Source of the DNA: Somniosus microcephalus
Lineage: Eukaryota
Length of the DNA: 64,000 nucleotides
Assembly (NCBI GenBank): GCA_052327205.1
Contig: JBMRGM010000040.1
Coordinates: 35,836,001 to 35,900,000 of the forward strand
Reading direction: 5' to 3'
Part shown: positions 36,286 to 49,412 of the stretch, piece by piece
How positions within the stretch are numbered: position 1 is the stretch's first letter
Layout: each line of letters starts with the position of its first letter
Notes under the pieces: generated by a model
What the model saw: only the letters and a program-made list of their open reading frames with translations
The model's database searches: none
What the model was told of the DNA's origin: nothing
Position numbers and translations under genes: made by a program

Positions 36286-39200
36286 ATTAGACAGGGCTTG
36301 ATGGCCGGCGCGGACACGATGGGCCGAAGGGCCTCTATCCGTGCTGTATTACTCTATGACTCTATGACTCTATGACTCCTGACAAGCTGCAAAGAGCAGG
36401 GACGTGAAAACTTCTTGAGCACCAGACACATTCACCCTGTTTTCAAAAAGGCTTTTGAGAAACTGCCTGAACTTTCTTCTGACGTAGATGATAGCAAAAG
36501 AGGAACTGTGTGGTACGTTCGAGCCAAACCTATCACCCTGCGTCCTGGAGGAGTGGCTAGAATCCCTGGGATACCAAAATTCCCTGGAACGCCAGGTACT
36601 GAAGCCATTCTGATAGAGTCACCTGATAATCCTGCAGAAGTGTCACGGTTTCCAAATGAGCTTCTGGTGAGACCAGAGTTGCAGACCCCGACAGCTCTGA
36701 TGTCAAGGAGAGTTACAGTGACCGTGAGGAATATGTCAGGCAAAGGAATCACATTGAGGAAAGGAATGCCGATTGCGCATCTGTTTCCTGTAAATGTAAT
36801 GTCGTCACATGTGAAGGAAGAGTCCAAAGTTAACTCAACCGGAGATCTGACACTCTCCTCCTTCAACTTTGGAGATTCATTCGTTCCTAAAGAATGGAAG
36901 GACCGATTAGTCAGGAAGATGATGGAGCGGAGAGGAGTTTTCTCTACTCATGAGTTTGATGTTGGTTGTAGTAAGAGTTCTCGCCATTCTATCAGAATTA
37001 CCGAGGATAAACCCTTTCGGGAGAGGTCTCGACGGCTGGCACCAGCTGACATCGAAGCAATGAGATAGCACCTGTCGCAGTTAAAAGAAGCTGAGATCAT
37101 TACCGAGTCCAGGAGTCCTTATGCATCTCCTATAGTGGTGGTGAGGAAAAAGAACGGAAAGATTCGGATGTGTGTGGACTTTAGGACGCTGAACAGACGT
37201 ACTGTTCCCGACCAATACACCGTTCCAAGAATTGAGGATGCACTGGCTTGTCTTAATGGAAGCAAGTGGTCCAGTGTGTTGGATCTCAGAAGTGGATACT
37301 ACCAAATACCAATGAGTGAATCGGACAAAGAAAAGACAGCAATTTTATGTCCAGTTGGGTTCTACCAATTTGAAAGGATGCCACGGGGAGTTTCAGGTGC
37401 TCCAGCAACTTTTCAAAGAATAATGGAACAAACAGTTGGGGACATGAACATGCTCGAAGTATTGGTGTACTTGGATGATATCATTGTGTTTGGGGCAACC
37501 CTTGAAGAACACGAATCTCGGTTGCTGAATGTGCTTGGTCGCCTGGAGGATGAAGGTCTCAAGCTATCATTGGACAAGTGTCAGTTTTGCCAAACATCCG
37601 TGTCCTATGTGGGGCATATTGTATCACAGGATGGAGTTGCCACAGATCCATCCAAGATCGAAGCTGTTACCACATGGCCCAAACCGAACACAGTTACTGC
37701 CTTGCGGTCATTTCTTGGGTTCTGTGGATATTACAGGTGCTTTGTGCAGGATTACTCCAAAGTGGCCCATCCTCTGAATCAGCTGCTGGCTGCTTACCTC
37801 CCACCAGCCAAGAGGAAGAAAAAGGCTAAAGGTAAAGAGAACAAGGACTACTTCAAACCCTCTCAGCCTTTTGGTGTTAGATGGGATGAGAAATGCGAAG
37901 AGGCCTTCAACACCTTAAAGCAAATTCTTACTCAAGCCCCCGTATTGGCTTTTGCAAACCCACAGCTGCCATATGTGCTACACGTGGCTGCCAGTCAAGA
38001 AGGGTTGGGTGGTGTGTTGTATCAGGACCAAGGAGCAGGGTTGAGACCTGTAGCGTTCATCAGTCGCAGTCTTACGCCATCAGAGCGTAACTACCCAGCT
38101 CATAAGCTAGAATTCTTGGTGCTGAATTGGGAGGTGGTGGATAAGCTGCAGGATTATCTGTATGGAGCGAAGTTTGAAGTGATGACAGACAATAATCCAT
38201 TAACCTATGTGTTGACTTCGGCAAAACTTGATGCCACCGGCCACCGCTGGCTTGCTGCACTATCTGCTTACGACTTTAGTCTCAGGTACAGACCTGGGAA
38301 CCAGAACATTGACGCAGATGCTCTGTCTCGTCGCCCACACTACCAGAAACCAGAGTGGAAAGATGTTGCTTCAGCAAATGTGAAAGTAATGTGTCAGATG
38401 TCCGTGGTATCTGGACCAAAGAATTCATTTCATGCCCGAGAGATTGACCACTTGGGAGCGTCAATGCATGTTGTTCCCCAGGCATTTTGCAACCTTTCCA
38501 GTTTGGATGTATAAAACTTACCCATGTTGTGTTCATCTGAAATAGCCAAAGAACAGGAGGATCCCTGTATTCATGAGGTGTTTTCAGCTCTCCGTCTGGG
38601 TGATATTACATAGATCGACAAATCAAAACATCCTGACTGTCGTCTGCTCCTAAGAGAATGGGACCACTTGGAAATTAGAGAGGGAGTGTTGTGTAGAATC
38701 ACTCACCCACCCACTAAACCATGCCATTCACAGTTGGTCCTGCCTGAAAAGTACAGGGAAATAGTGATGAAGTCTTTGTATGATGACGCAGGTCATCTGG
38801 GAGTAGATAAGGCCTATGGGTTGGTCAAGGACAGATTCTACTGGCCGCGTATGAAGTCTGCGGTTGAGAAGTTCTGCAAGTCCTGTGCACGTTGTGTCCA
38901 GAGAAAGACTTTATCTAAAAGAGTTGCTCCTCTGTTTCACATGCAAAGTGATGGACCTCTAGACCTTGTCTGAATGGATTTTCTGTCCATCGAACCCGAT
39001 TCCAGCAATACCGCAAATGTCTTGGTCATTACAGATCATTATACTCGCTATGCCGAAGCTTTTCCCACAAAGGATCAGAAAGCATCCACCGTTGCCAAAG
39101 TGTTGTGGGAGAAATACTTCATCCACTATGGACTGCCAAAGCGAATACACAGTGATCAAGGTAGAGACTTTGAAAGTAGACTTATACATGAGTTGTTGTC

Positions 39201-39922
39201 CATGCTCGGGATTGAGAAGTCAAGAACAAATCCATACCATCCTCAGGGAGATCCTGAACCTGAGCGGTTTAACTGTAATTTGTTAGACATGCTTGGAACG
39301 CTGGATTCAAAGCGAAAGAACAAGTGGAGTCGGCACATTGGACATCTTGTTCATTCTTATAATTGTACCCGAAATGACGCTACTGGTTTTTCACCGCACT
39401 ACCTCATGTTTGGACATGAAGCGAGGATGCCGGTGGATTTGTGCTTCGGAGTATCCAGTGATGGCACATCACAGAGAACTTACCTCAAGTATGTATCTGA
39501 CATGAGAAAGGAATTGCAAGCTGCTTATGAACTTGCTGATTCTGTTTCTGCCAAACAGAATAAAGGAAATAAGCAGAGGTATGACCAGAAGATCCGTTTT
39601 TCCCAACTCATGCCTGGTGACCGTGTTCTCATACGGAACCTAGGACTTCAAGGGAAACATAAGTTAGCAGACCACTGGGCTTCTACACCTTACATTGTTG
39701 AAAGTCAAATGTCACAACTACCTGTGTTTCGGCTAAAACCTGCAGGTGGGAATGGATCCATAGAAATACTGCACCGGAATCATATCCTGCCATTGGGAAA
39801 GCAAGTGCATCTGGATCTGCCAGCGGATAATGAGCCGACACCTAGTAGGAGAACCCTGCAGAGAAGAAGAAGGAAAAAACGAGAAAACAGGAAAACTTTG
39901 TTCCAGAAGAGAGAAAACCCAT

Positions 39923-40185
39923 TTTGGACACAGGGACAGATTATCCTTTGAATCCATGTAAATGGAGAATGTATGTTTACTATGTCTAGATTCATTCTAA
40001 TATATGCAAATGTCTAATTTAGTTCATTGACCTGTAATCTTCTTATACTGTCTGACGTTAAAACTATAAAGTAAGATAATTAGAACTAAGCCATTGTAGC
40101 AGTGATCTCCTTACTGGACTATAGAAAACTGTCTACAACAGAGACCACATCTCACATATATCTAGAGAACCGTGAAGGAGTTACA
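39923..40185 (+). repeat. Truncated 3' LTR
   Basis: Matches 29114-29376 with about 8 differences; fused directly to the integrase tail, with no PPT. Confidence 0.9.
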
Positions 40186-41859
40186 TGTATTAGTTTGAGG
40201 GGCTGTCTTAGTTTGAGGGACTGTATTAATTTGAGGTTCTGAATTAGTTTGAGGTGCTGTTTTAGTTTGAGGGGCTGTATTAGTTTGAGGGACTGCATTA
40301 GTTTGAGGGTCTGTATTAGTTTGTGGGACTGTAAGAGTGCAGGGTCAGTGTTAGTTTGAAGGACTGTATTAGTTTGAGGGACTGTATTAGGTTCAGGGGC
40401 TGCATTAGTTCTAGGGGCTATATTAGTTTCAGGGGTTTTGTTAGTTTTAGGAGCTGTTTTAGTATCAGGGGCTGTATTAGTTTGAAGGGCTGTATAAGTT
40501 TTAGAGGATGTATCAGCGTGTGTTGCTGTATTAGTTTGAGAGGCTGTACTAGATTGAGGTGAGGTATTAGTTTGAGGGGCTGTACTAATTGAAGGTCTGT
40601 ATTAGTTTGAGGGGCGGTTTTTGTTTGAGGGGCTGTATTAATTTGAGGGACTGTATCAGTTTTATTGACTGTAATATTTGAGGGGCTGCATTAGTTTGAG
40701 AGGCTGTATCACTTTTAGGGTCTGTATTGTCGTGAGGTACTGTATTAGTTTGAGGGACTGTATTAGTTTGAGGGGCTGTGTTAGTTTGATGGGCTGTATT
40801 AGTTTGAATGGCTGTATTACTTTTAGTGGCTGTGTTAGTGTGAGTTGCGCTATTTGTTTGAGGGGCTGTATTAGTTTGAGGGGCTGTATTAGTTTGGGGG
40901 TTTATTGGTTTGCGGGTCTGTATTAGTTTGTGGGGCTGTATTCGTTCGAGGGACTGTATTATTTTATCTGTCTGTATTAGTTTGAGGAACTGTATCAGTT
41001 GATGGGCTGCATTATTTTGAGGTACTGCATTAGTTTGTGGGGCAGTATTGTTTGAGGGATTGTATTAGTTTGAGGGTCTGAATAAGTTTGAGGGGCTGTA
41101 TTAGTTTAACGGGCAGTATTATTTTGAGGGTCTGTATTAGCACGGTGGCATAGTGGTTAGCACTGTTGCCTCACAGCGCCAGGGACCCGGGTTCGAATCC
41201 GGCCTCGGGCGACTGTCTGTGTGGAGTTTGCACATTCTCCCCGTGTTTGCGTGGGTTTACTCCGGGTGCTCCGGTTTCCTCCCACAGTCCAAAGATGTGC
41301 GGGTTAGGTTGATTGGCTATGATAAATTGACCCTTAGTGTTAGGGGGATTAAATACGTGGGGTTACGGGGATAGGGTGGGATATGTGTCGGTGCAGGCTC
41401 AATGGGCCGAAATGGCCTCTATCTGCACTGTGTGGTTTCTGTGATTAGTGTGAGGGACTGTTTTAGTTTGAGGGGCTTTATAAGTTTGAGGTACTGTATT
41501 AGTCTGAGGGGCTGAATTATTTTGAGGGACTGTATTAGTTTGAGGAATTTTATTAGTTTTTGGGTCTGTGTTAGATTGAGGGTCTCTATTAGTTAGAGCG
41601 GCTATATTATTTTGAGGGCCGGTATTATTTTGAGGGACTGTATTAGTTTGAGGAGTTTTATTAGTTATGGGGTCTGTATTAGTTGTGAAGCTGTCTTAGG
41701 ATGAGGGACTGTATTAGTTTGAGGTGCTGTATTAAGTTGAGTGAATTTATTAATTTGAGGGTCTTTACTATTTTGAGGGACTGTATTAGTTTGAGGGACT
41801 GTATTAGATTGAATGGCTGTATTAGTTTCAGGGACAGTATTAGTTTGAGGGACTGTATT
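40186..41859. repeat. 18-bp satellite, right block (contains a SINE)
   Basis: Same CTGTATTAGTTTGAGGGR unit as 27651-28577. Confidence 0.95.
41141..41443 (+). mobile_element. tRNA-derived V-SINE (HE1-like)
   Basis: A box TGGCATAGTGG; B box GGTTCGAATCC; V-domain GTGTGGAGTTTGCACATTCTCCCCGTG...GGTTTCCTCCCACAGTCCAAAGA; CR1-like tail; TSD ATTAG. Confidence 0.92.
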
Positions 41860-44800
41860 TGTTAAGTCTGTGTGTTCTAGTTGTATTTAAGATTAATTAC
41901 TGACACAGACTACAAGAATAACGTTTCAACAGGTCTTTACTAGTTGGAGGTCAGGGCTATACTAACAGCAATATCACTACACAGTACTTATATACCAGTG
42001 AACACCACCGGTATTACGTATACAGCAGCCAGAGAAAGTAGTACATCTCTTAAGGTGGAACAGGCTTAAGTTCTCTTAAGGTGGAACAGGTTACATACAC
42101 CACAATCCTCCCTTTTTAACTTAACAGTCATATCCCCATTTAACATAACATAATAACACCTATACATATATAACTTCAGGTATAAACAGTTCAAAGGTTC
42201 AGTCTCTCAGGAGGCCTTCTGATTCGGGTTGGATAACGCCTTTCAGTGGTCTCTGATTCTTGTTGCTGAGGTGACTCCTCTAGTTGGTTTCCTATGTATT
42301 GGACATCATCATCTGGTACATTCCCTGCCGAGGTAGATGCTTCAGGTTCATTAACGTCTTCCACAGTTGTCTCTGTCGCAACCATGGGTTCGATCCTTGC
42401 TCTCGATTCTACCAGTTGATCCGCATGACGCCTTATCACATTGTTACCAATATCTACTGTGTACATCAGAGGCCCTTGTCTGGCCCGAATTGCTCCGGAC
42501 TGCCATTTTTCGTTTCCGTAGTCCCTTGACAACACTGGTTGTCCTACGTTGAAACTTTGAGTGGTCTTGTTATTAATATGCCAGAACTGTTTGTTTTCCA
42601 CTTCCCTCCGCACATTTGGTTTTAACAAGTCCAACCTGGACCGCAACCTCCTGTTATAAAACATCATGGCAGAACTTTGGTTAGTCACTGCATGAGCGGC
42701 GTTTCGATATGCCATTAGGAAATTGTCCACCTTGTGTTGTAGCGGAATCTGATCATTGTTCATGGCCTTTATTGCCTTTTTGAATGTTTGGACAAATCTC
42801 TCGGCCAACCCGTTTGTCGCCGGATGATATGGGGCAGAGCTATAATGTTTCACCCCATTCATCTTTAAGAATTTTTGGAATTCTTCCGACACGAACTGTG
42901 GTCTGTTGTCTGAACATATCTGTTCTGGCCATCCGTTCCTTGCGAATATTGTTCTTAACACCGCAATTGTCTTTTCTGAAGTAGTGGTATTTATCTTGAT
43001 CACTTCTGGCCATTTGGAATGTGCGTCCACCGCAATTAGGAACATGGAGTCCATGAATGGACCAGCAAAGTCAATATGTACGTGTTGCCATGGGGCTGAA
43101 GGCCATTCCCATGGGTGTAGTGGTGCGATCGGAGGGGCATTTTGCACTTTTTGTCACCCAGCGCAGCTTTTCGTCAACTCCTCTATCTGTTGGTCAATAC
43201 CCGGCCACCATACATAAGCCCCAGCAAGACTTTTCATCTTAACTCCCCCCAGATGACCTTCATGCAGTTCCTTTAGAACTCTTTCCCTTAACTTGGGAGG
43301 AATAATCACCCTTGTCCCGTACATCAAAGTACCATGGCAGACGGACAGCTGGTCTCGCCTTGCCAAAAATGCCGGTAACAGAGGATCACCATGTGTTGGC
43401 CATCCCTTCACTGTCACCTCGTAGACTCGGGACAGTGTCAGGTCGTTCCTGGTCTCTCTTTCAATACTTGCATTGGTGACTGGTAAACACTCGATGATGG
43501 TCGAATGAAATAACTCAACAGGGTCAACTTTCGTCGTCTCTTCTTCTTCAGGTAGTGGCAGTCACGACAGCCCATCAGCATTGCCATGCTGCTTTGTACC
43601 TTTGAATTCTATTTGATATTGATGTGCCCCTAGGAAAAGGGACCATCTCTGGAGTCTCTGTGCTGTCATCACCGAAACACCCTTCTTAGGGTTAAAAATG
43701 GATACCAACGGCTGATGGTCTGTCAGAAGTGTGAATTTTTGGCCCTGCAGGTAATGATTAACTTCTTCACTCCCCATACAAGGCTGAGAGCCTCCCTATC
43801 GATCTGCGCATAGTTGCGCTCAGCGGAGGTCAATGATCTGGATGCAAACGCGACTGGCCTTTCTGTGCCATTTGGCAACTTCTGTGAGAGTACTGCCCCA
43901 ATACCATATGGAGAAGCATCACAAGCCAACCGAATAGGCAGTGTTGGGTTGAAGTGAGCCAACACTTCCTCTGAGGTGATCAATTCTTTGCTTTTGCGAA
44001 ATGCCTTCTTACACTTTTCGCTCCATTCCCATGGTACCCCCTTCTGTAAAAGAGCGTTCAGTGGGTGCAGTACCGTGGACAGATTCGGTAGAAACTTATC
44101 GTAATAGTTAATCAATCCTAGAAACGACCTCAACTGAGAGACATTATCCGGAGCGGGAGCCTTTACAACTGCCTCTATCTTGTCAGGAGACTTATGAAGC
44201 CCCTCCCGGTCAATGACATGACCACAGTAAGAGATCCGCTTCTGAAAGAACTCACATTTCTGCCGATTAACTCGAAGTCCATACTCTTACAGTCTGTTGA
44301 GCACCAGTTCCAAGTTTGCGAGGTGTTCTTCATCACCATCTCCTGTAATCAGAATATCGTCCAGGTAACATTGTGTGCCTGGAATTCCCTGTAATACCTG
44401 CTCCATGGCCCTCTGCCAAATTGCTCGAGCCGATGCCACTCCAAAAACCAGCCTATTATACCGGTACAAACCTCTATGCATGTTGATCGTGAGGGACTGT
44501 CGTGACTCTTCTTCAACCTCCATCTGCAAGTACGCCTGCGCCAGGCCTATCTTGGTGAAGTGTTTCCCGCCAGACAACGAAGCAAAAATATCCTCAATCC
44601 GTGGAAGCGGATACTGCACCATGGGAAGCACTGGATTAATGGTGATCTTGAAGTCTCCACAGATGCGAACCTTCCCTGGTTCTCCTGGCTTGTTGCTCGA
44701 AGGACGTTTCATAACGGGAACAATGGGCATAGCCCACTCACTCCAATCTACCTTAGACAGTACACCTGAACGTTCTAGCGCTTCCAGTTCCGCTTCTACA

Positions 44801-46957
44801 GCTGGTCGTATTGCATAGGGTACCGGTCTGGCTTTGAAAAAATTTGGGTGTGCATGTTCATCAATCTTGATGTTTGCCGTAATTCCTCTCAGTGTTCCCA
44901 GTCCCTGCTGGAACACCTCTTTAGCATCATCCAATATTCTGGACAATCGTTTAGGTTTGACATCTGTTTCCCCGGAATCTACCGTTAGTGCCTTTAAGCA
45001 GTGCCAGTCCATATTCATTTTCCTAATCCACTCCCGTCCCAGTAGTGGTGGATCTCCTTCAGGTAGCACATATAAGTCAATTTCTTGGCTTTCTTTGCCC
45101 TTGTGGACCACTTTTACCTCTATCTTTCCGATGGGTTACACTCTTTGACCCGTGTATGTTTTCAATATAATCTCCGTATCCCGTAGGGGAATATGTTGGA
45201 ATAACCTTTTGTAATCTTTCTTATTCATGACCGTCAATGCCGATCCAGTGTCCAATTCCATCTTTACTTGGACTCCTGCTATCTGATGAGTGACCCAAAT
45301 TGCCTGGAGATCTGCATCCTTACCAACGTTGTGTACTCTTAAGCTACCCAGTTCATTACTGCTGGCGTCTGAATCTGACTTCTGGTCGTTCGAACTGTTC
45401 TTTGTCACCTTGTGTACCTTTATGTATTTTCCTTGCGGTGACTTTTTGTTGCTGGTCTTCTTTCCTGACCTGCAGACTTTAGCTATGTGGCCAAGCCTGC
45501 CACACGTTCTGCATTCTTGGTTTTAAAACCAACACTGGTTCTGATCGTGCGTTGTCTTTCCACAACGATAACATTTTACAGTACTCAAAACCAATTGATT
45601 TGTACTGAGTTCCGGTGACCGTAGCTGCATTACTGCCATGCCTCTCGCTGTGGCCTCGTGTGCTGCTGCCATAGTGACCGCTTTCTCAAGTGCCAGCTCA
45701 TTCTCCTCGAGCAATCGCTTTTGTGTATCTTCTTTTAATAAACCACACAAAAATTTATCTCGTAGTGCCTCTGTCAGTCTCGTTCCAAATTGACAGTACT
45801 TTGCTAGCTTACGCAATTCCATTAAATATTCAGCATTGCTTTCCTCCTTCAGCTGCCTTCTGCTGTAAAATATAAATCGTTCCGCTAGCATCAGCGGCGT
45901 GGGGTTTAGGTGATTTTTCAGGCAGTAACAATCTCCTCGAACGTCTTATCCGCCGGTTCATCTGGTGTTAAAAGGTGTTTCAAATGCCCGTATGTCTTCG
46001 CACCCATTAAGTTTAATAATGTTAGTGCTTTCTCTTCATCTGGGATTTTATTTGCTTTACAATAATTTTGTATGCATGATACATACATAGCCCAATCTTC
46101 GTTGTCGCTATCAAAGGTATTAATGTTCCCATGTTTAGGCATCGTTGCAATTTAATTCATTTTTATTTTTATCCAAGATGGCGGCTTCCGCGCTCTTGTC
46201 TTCATCCTCCGCCTACAAAATGGCGGTTTTCCCGCGCTTGGCGATCTTCACCCGTCCCCCGACACTGTCTCAGCTTCACCGCGGCTCTCGCGCCTTCAGT
46301 TGCCCCCAGACGCTGCGCCTTTTAGCCCAAATGTGGCCCGGCCCTTATCACCAGCTGCGATCGCTGTCCCCGTGCTGCGCCTTTCGGCCCGAATGCGGCC
46401 CGGCTCTTATCTCCGGTCACGATCGATCTCACCGCCCTTATTCCTCCGTCTTCCCTCCGCGTCTGTACAGCCAACGCGGCCGACTTTCTGGTCACGTCGC
46501 TGCCCGGCTTACCCACTACCAAGGTAGAAAGAAGATAGCTGACTGCCGCTGATGAAGGCTTCGAGTTCAGGATATCTTCTGCACTCTGGTTTCTCGATGT
46601 CTGCGGCGCGACGTGTCTTCCAGCACGGTGATGAGGGTGGAAGCCTCTCTTCGACGTCCGTTCTGTGACAAAGCCGCGGTGGATATAACTGCCACAGGGT
46701 AAGAATCTGACTCATCGCCATTGTAAAGTCTGTGTGTTCTAGTTGTAATTAATAAAACACAGACTACAAGATTAAAGTTCAACAGGTCTTTACTGGTTGG
46801 AGGTCAGGACTATACTAAATACAATCTTACTACACAGTGCTTATATACCGGTGGTCACCACCGGTATTACGTATACAGCAGCCAGAGAAAGTAGTACATC
46901 TCTTAAGGTGGAACAGGCTTAAGTTCTCTTAAGGTGGAACAGGTTACATACACCACA
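41860..46957 (-). mobile_element. Gypsy LTR retrotransposon (K02A2.6/Mag-like), degraded ORFs, chimeric LTR
   Basis: LTRs 41860-42104 and 46722-46957; PBS TGGCGATGAG (tRNA-Ser-like) at 46720-46711; PPT at 42105-42117. MELDTGSA, ICGDFKITIN, YLDDILI, ACDASPYGIG and HIDFAGP motifs. Confidence 0.92.
42191..46142 (-). pseudogene. gag-pol of the third Gypsy
   Basis: Fragmented ORFs in gag-PR-RT-RH-IN order with multiple stops and frameshifts. Confidence 0.88.
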
Positions 46958-49302
46958 AGGTGTGTATGTTGTTTCACAGTGTATCAGGATCCTGCCAGGT
47001 GTGTATGGGGTTTCACAGTGTATCAGGATCCTGCCAGGTGTGTATGGGGTTTCACAGTGTATCAGGATCCTGCCAGGTGTGTATGGGGTTTCAGAGTGTA
47101 TCAGGATCCTGCCAGGTGTGTATGGGGTTTCACAGTGTAACAGGATCCTGCCAGGTGTATATGGGGTTTCACTGTGTATCAGGATCCTGCTAGGTGTGTA
47201 TGGGGTTTCAAAGTGTATCAGGATCCTGCCAGGTGTGTATGGGGTTTCACAGTGTATCAGGATCCTGCCAGGTGTGTATGGGGTGTCAAAGCGTATCAGG
47301 ATCCTGCCAGGTGTGTATGTGGTTTCACAGTGTATCAGGATCCTGCCAGGTGTATATTGGGTTTCACAGTGTATCAGGATCGTGCCAGGTATATAGGTGG
47401 TTTCCACAGTGTATCAGGATCCTGACAGTTGTATATGGGGCTTCACGGTTTATCAGGTTCCTGCCCGGTGTGTATGGGGTTTCACAATGTATCAGGATCC
47501 TGGCAGGTGTTTTTGGGGTTTCACAATGTATCAGGATCCTGCCAGGTGTGTATGGGTTTTCACAATGTATCAAGATCCTGTCAGGTGTGTATGCGGTTTC
47601 ACAGTGTATCAGGATCCTGCCAGGTGGGTATGTGGTTTCACAGTGTATCAGGATCCTGGCAGGTGTTTATGGGACTTCACATTGTAACAGGATCCTGCCA
47701 GGTGTGTATGGGCTTTCACAGTGTATCAGGATCATGCAAGATGTGTGTGGGGTTTCACAGTATATCAGGAACCTGCCAGGTGTGTATGGGGTTTCACAGT
47801 GTATCAGGATCCTGCCAGGTGGGTATGTGGTTTCACCGTGTATCAGGATCCTGCCAGGTGTGTATGGGGTTTCACAGTGTATCAGGAACCTGCCAGGTGT
47901 GTATGGGTTTTCACAATGCATCAGGATCCTACCAGGTATATATGGGGTTTAACAGTGTAACCGGATCCTGCCAGGTGTCTGTTGGGTTTCACAGTGTATC
48001 AGGATCTGGCCAGGTGTGTATGGGGTTTCACAGTATATCAGGATCCTGCCAGTTGTGTATGGGGTTTCACAGTGTATCAGGATCCTGCCAGGTGTGCATG
48101 TGGTTTCATAGTGTACCAGGATCCTTCCAGGTGTGTATGGGTTTTCACAGTGTATCAGGATCCTGCCAGGTGTGTTTAGGTTTTCAATGTGTATCCGGAT
48201 CCTGCCAGGTGTGTATAGGATTTCACAGTGTATCAGGATACTGCGGGGAGTGTGTGGGGTTTCACAGTGTATCAGGAACCTGCCAGGTGTGTATGGGGTT
48301 TAACAGTGTATCAGGATCCTGCCAGGTGTGTATGGGGTTTCACAGTGTATCAGGATCCTGCCAGGTGTGTATGGAGTTTCACAGTGTATCAGTATCCTGC
48401 TAGGTGTGTATGGAGTTTCACAGTGTATCAGTATCCTGCTAGGTGTGTATGGAGTTTCACAGTGTATCAGGATCTTGCCAGGTGTGTATGGGGTTTCACA
48501 GTGTATCAGGGTCCTGCCAGGTGTGTATGGGGTTTCGCAGTGTATCAGGGTCCTGCCAGGTGTGTCTGGGGTTTCACAGTGTATCGGGATCCTGCCAGGT
48601 GTGTATGGGGTTTCGCAGTGTATCAGGGTCCTGCCAGGTGTGTATGGGGTTTCACAGTGTATCAGGATCCTGTTCGGTGTGTATGGGGTTTCACAGTGTA
48701 TCAGGGTCCTGCCAGGTGTGTATGGGGTTTCCCAGTGTATCAGGATCCTGCCAGGTGTGTATGGGGTTTCACAGTGTATCAGGGTCCTGCCAGGTGTGTA
48801 TGGGGTTTCACAGTGTATCAGGATCCTGCTCGGTGTGTATGGGTTTCACAGTGTAACAGGATCCTGCCAGGTGTGTATGGGGTTTCACAGTGTATCAGGA
48901 TCCTGCCAGGTGTGTATGGGGTTTCACAGAGTATCAGGATCCTGCTCGGTGTGTATGGGGTTTCACAGTGTAACAGGATCCTGCCAGGTGTGTATGGGGT
49001 TTCACAGTATATCAGGATCCTGCCAGTTGTGTATGGGGTTTCACAGTGTATCAGGATCCTGCAAGGTGTGTATGGGGTTTCACAGTGTATCAGGATCCTG
49101 CCAGGTGTGTAGGTGGCTTCCACAGTGTATCAGGATCCTGACAGATGTATATGGGGCTTCACGGTTTATCAGGATCCTGGCAGGTGTTTTTGGGGTTTCA
49201 CAATGTATCAGGAACCTGCCAGGTGTGTATGGGGTTTCACAGTGCATCAAGATCCTGCCAGTTGTTTTGGGGGTTTCACAATGTATCAGGATCCTGCCAG
49301 GT

Positions 49303-49412
49303 GTCATAGAGTCATAGAGTCATAGAGTAATACAGCACGGATAGAGGCCCTTCGGCCCATCGTGTCCTCGCCGGCCATCAAGCCCTGTCTAATCTAATCC
49401 CATATTCCAGCA
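49303..49412 (-). mobile_element. Severely 5'-truncated CR1 (3' tail only)
   Basis: Reverse complement matches ~36267-36376 with one mismatch, including the (ACTCTATG)n tail; flanked by GTGT. Confidence 0.92.

Larger units (their letters stand above)
31312..36378 (+). mobile_element. Near full-length young CR1 LINE
   Basis: 5' tandem monomers, ORF1 esterase, uninterrupted ORF2, 3' hairpin and (ACTCTATG)n tail. The host pol reads NTRIV|LLTSCKEQG across the insertion. Confidence 0.95.
30871..39922 (+). pseudogene. pol: pol of PNMA-like Gypsy, split by the CR1 insertion 31312-36378
   Basis: FLDTGSQV protease; CVDFRTLN and YLDDIIVF RT; RNase H; DFLSIEPD...HSDQGRDFES integrase. Several stops (37066, 38512, 38971). 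Confidence 0.9.
28578..40185 (+). mobile_element. Gypsy LTR retrotransposon with PNMA/MOAP1-like gag, inserted in the 18-bp satellite
   Basis: 5' LTR 28578-29376 (TGTAATACCC...GGGGTTACA); tRNA-Pro PBS; gag-PR-RT-RH-IN; truncated 3' LTR 39923-40185; probable 4-bp TSD TCTA/TGTA. Confidence 0.93.

Noticed and set aside
41141-41215. tRNA gene
   Set aside because: The A and B boxes belong to the SINE head; it continues into a V-domain and LINE-like tail and is flanked by a TSD.
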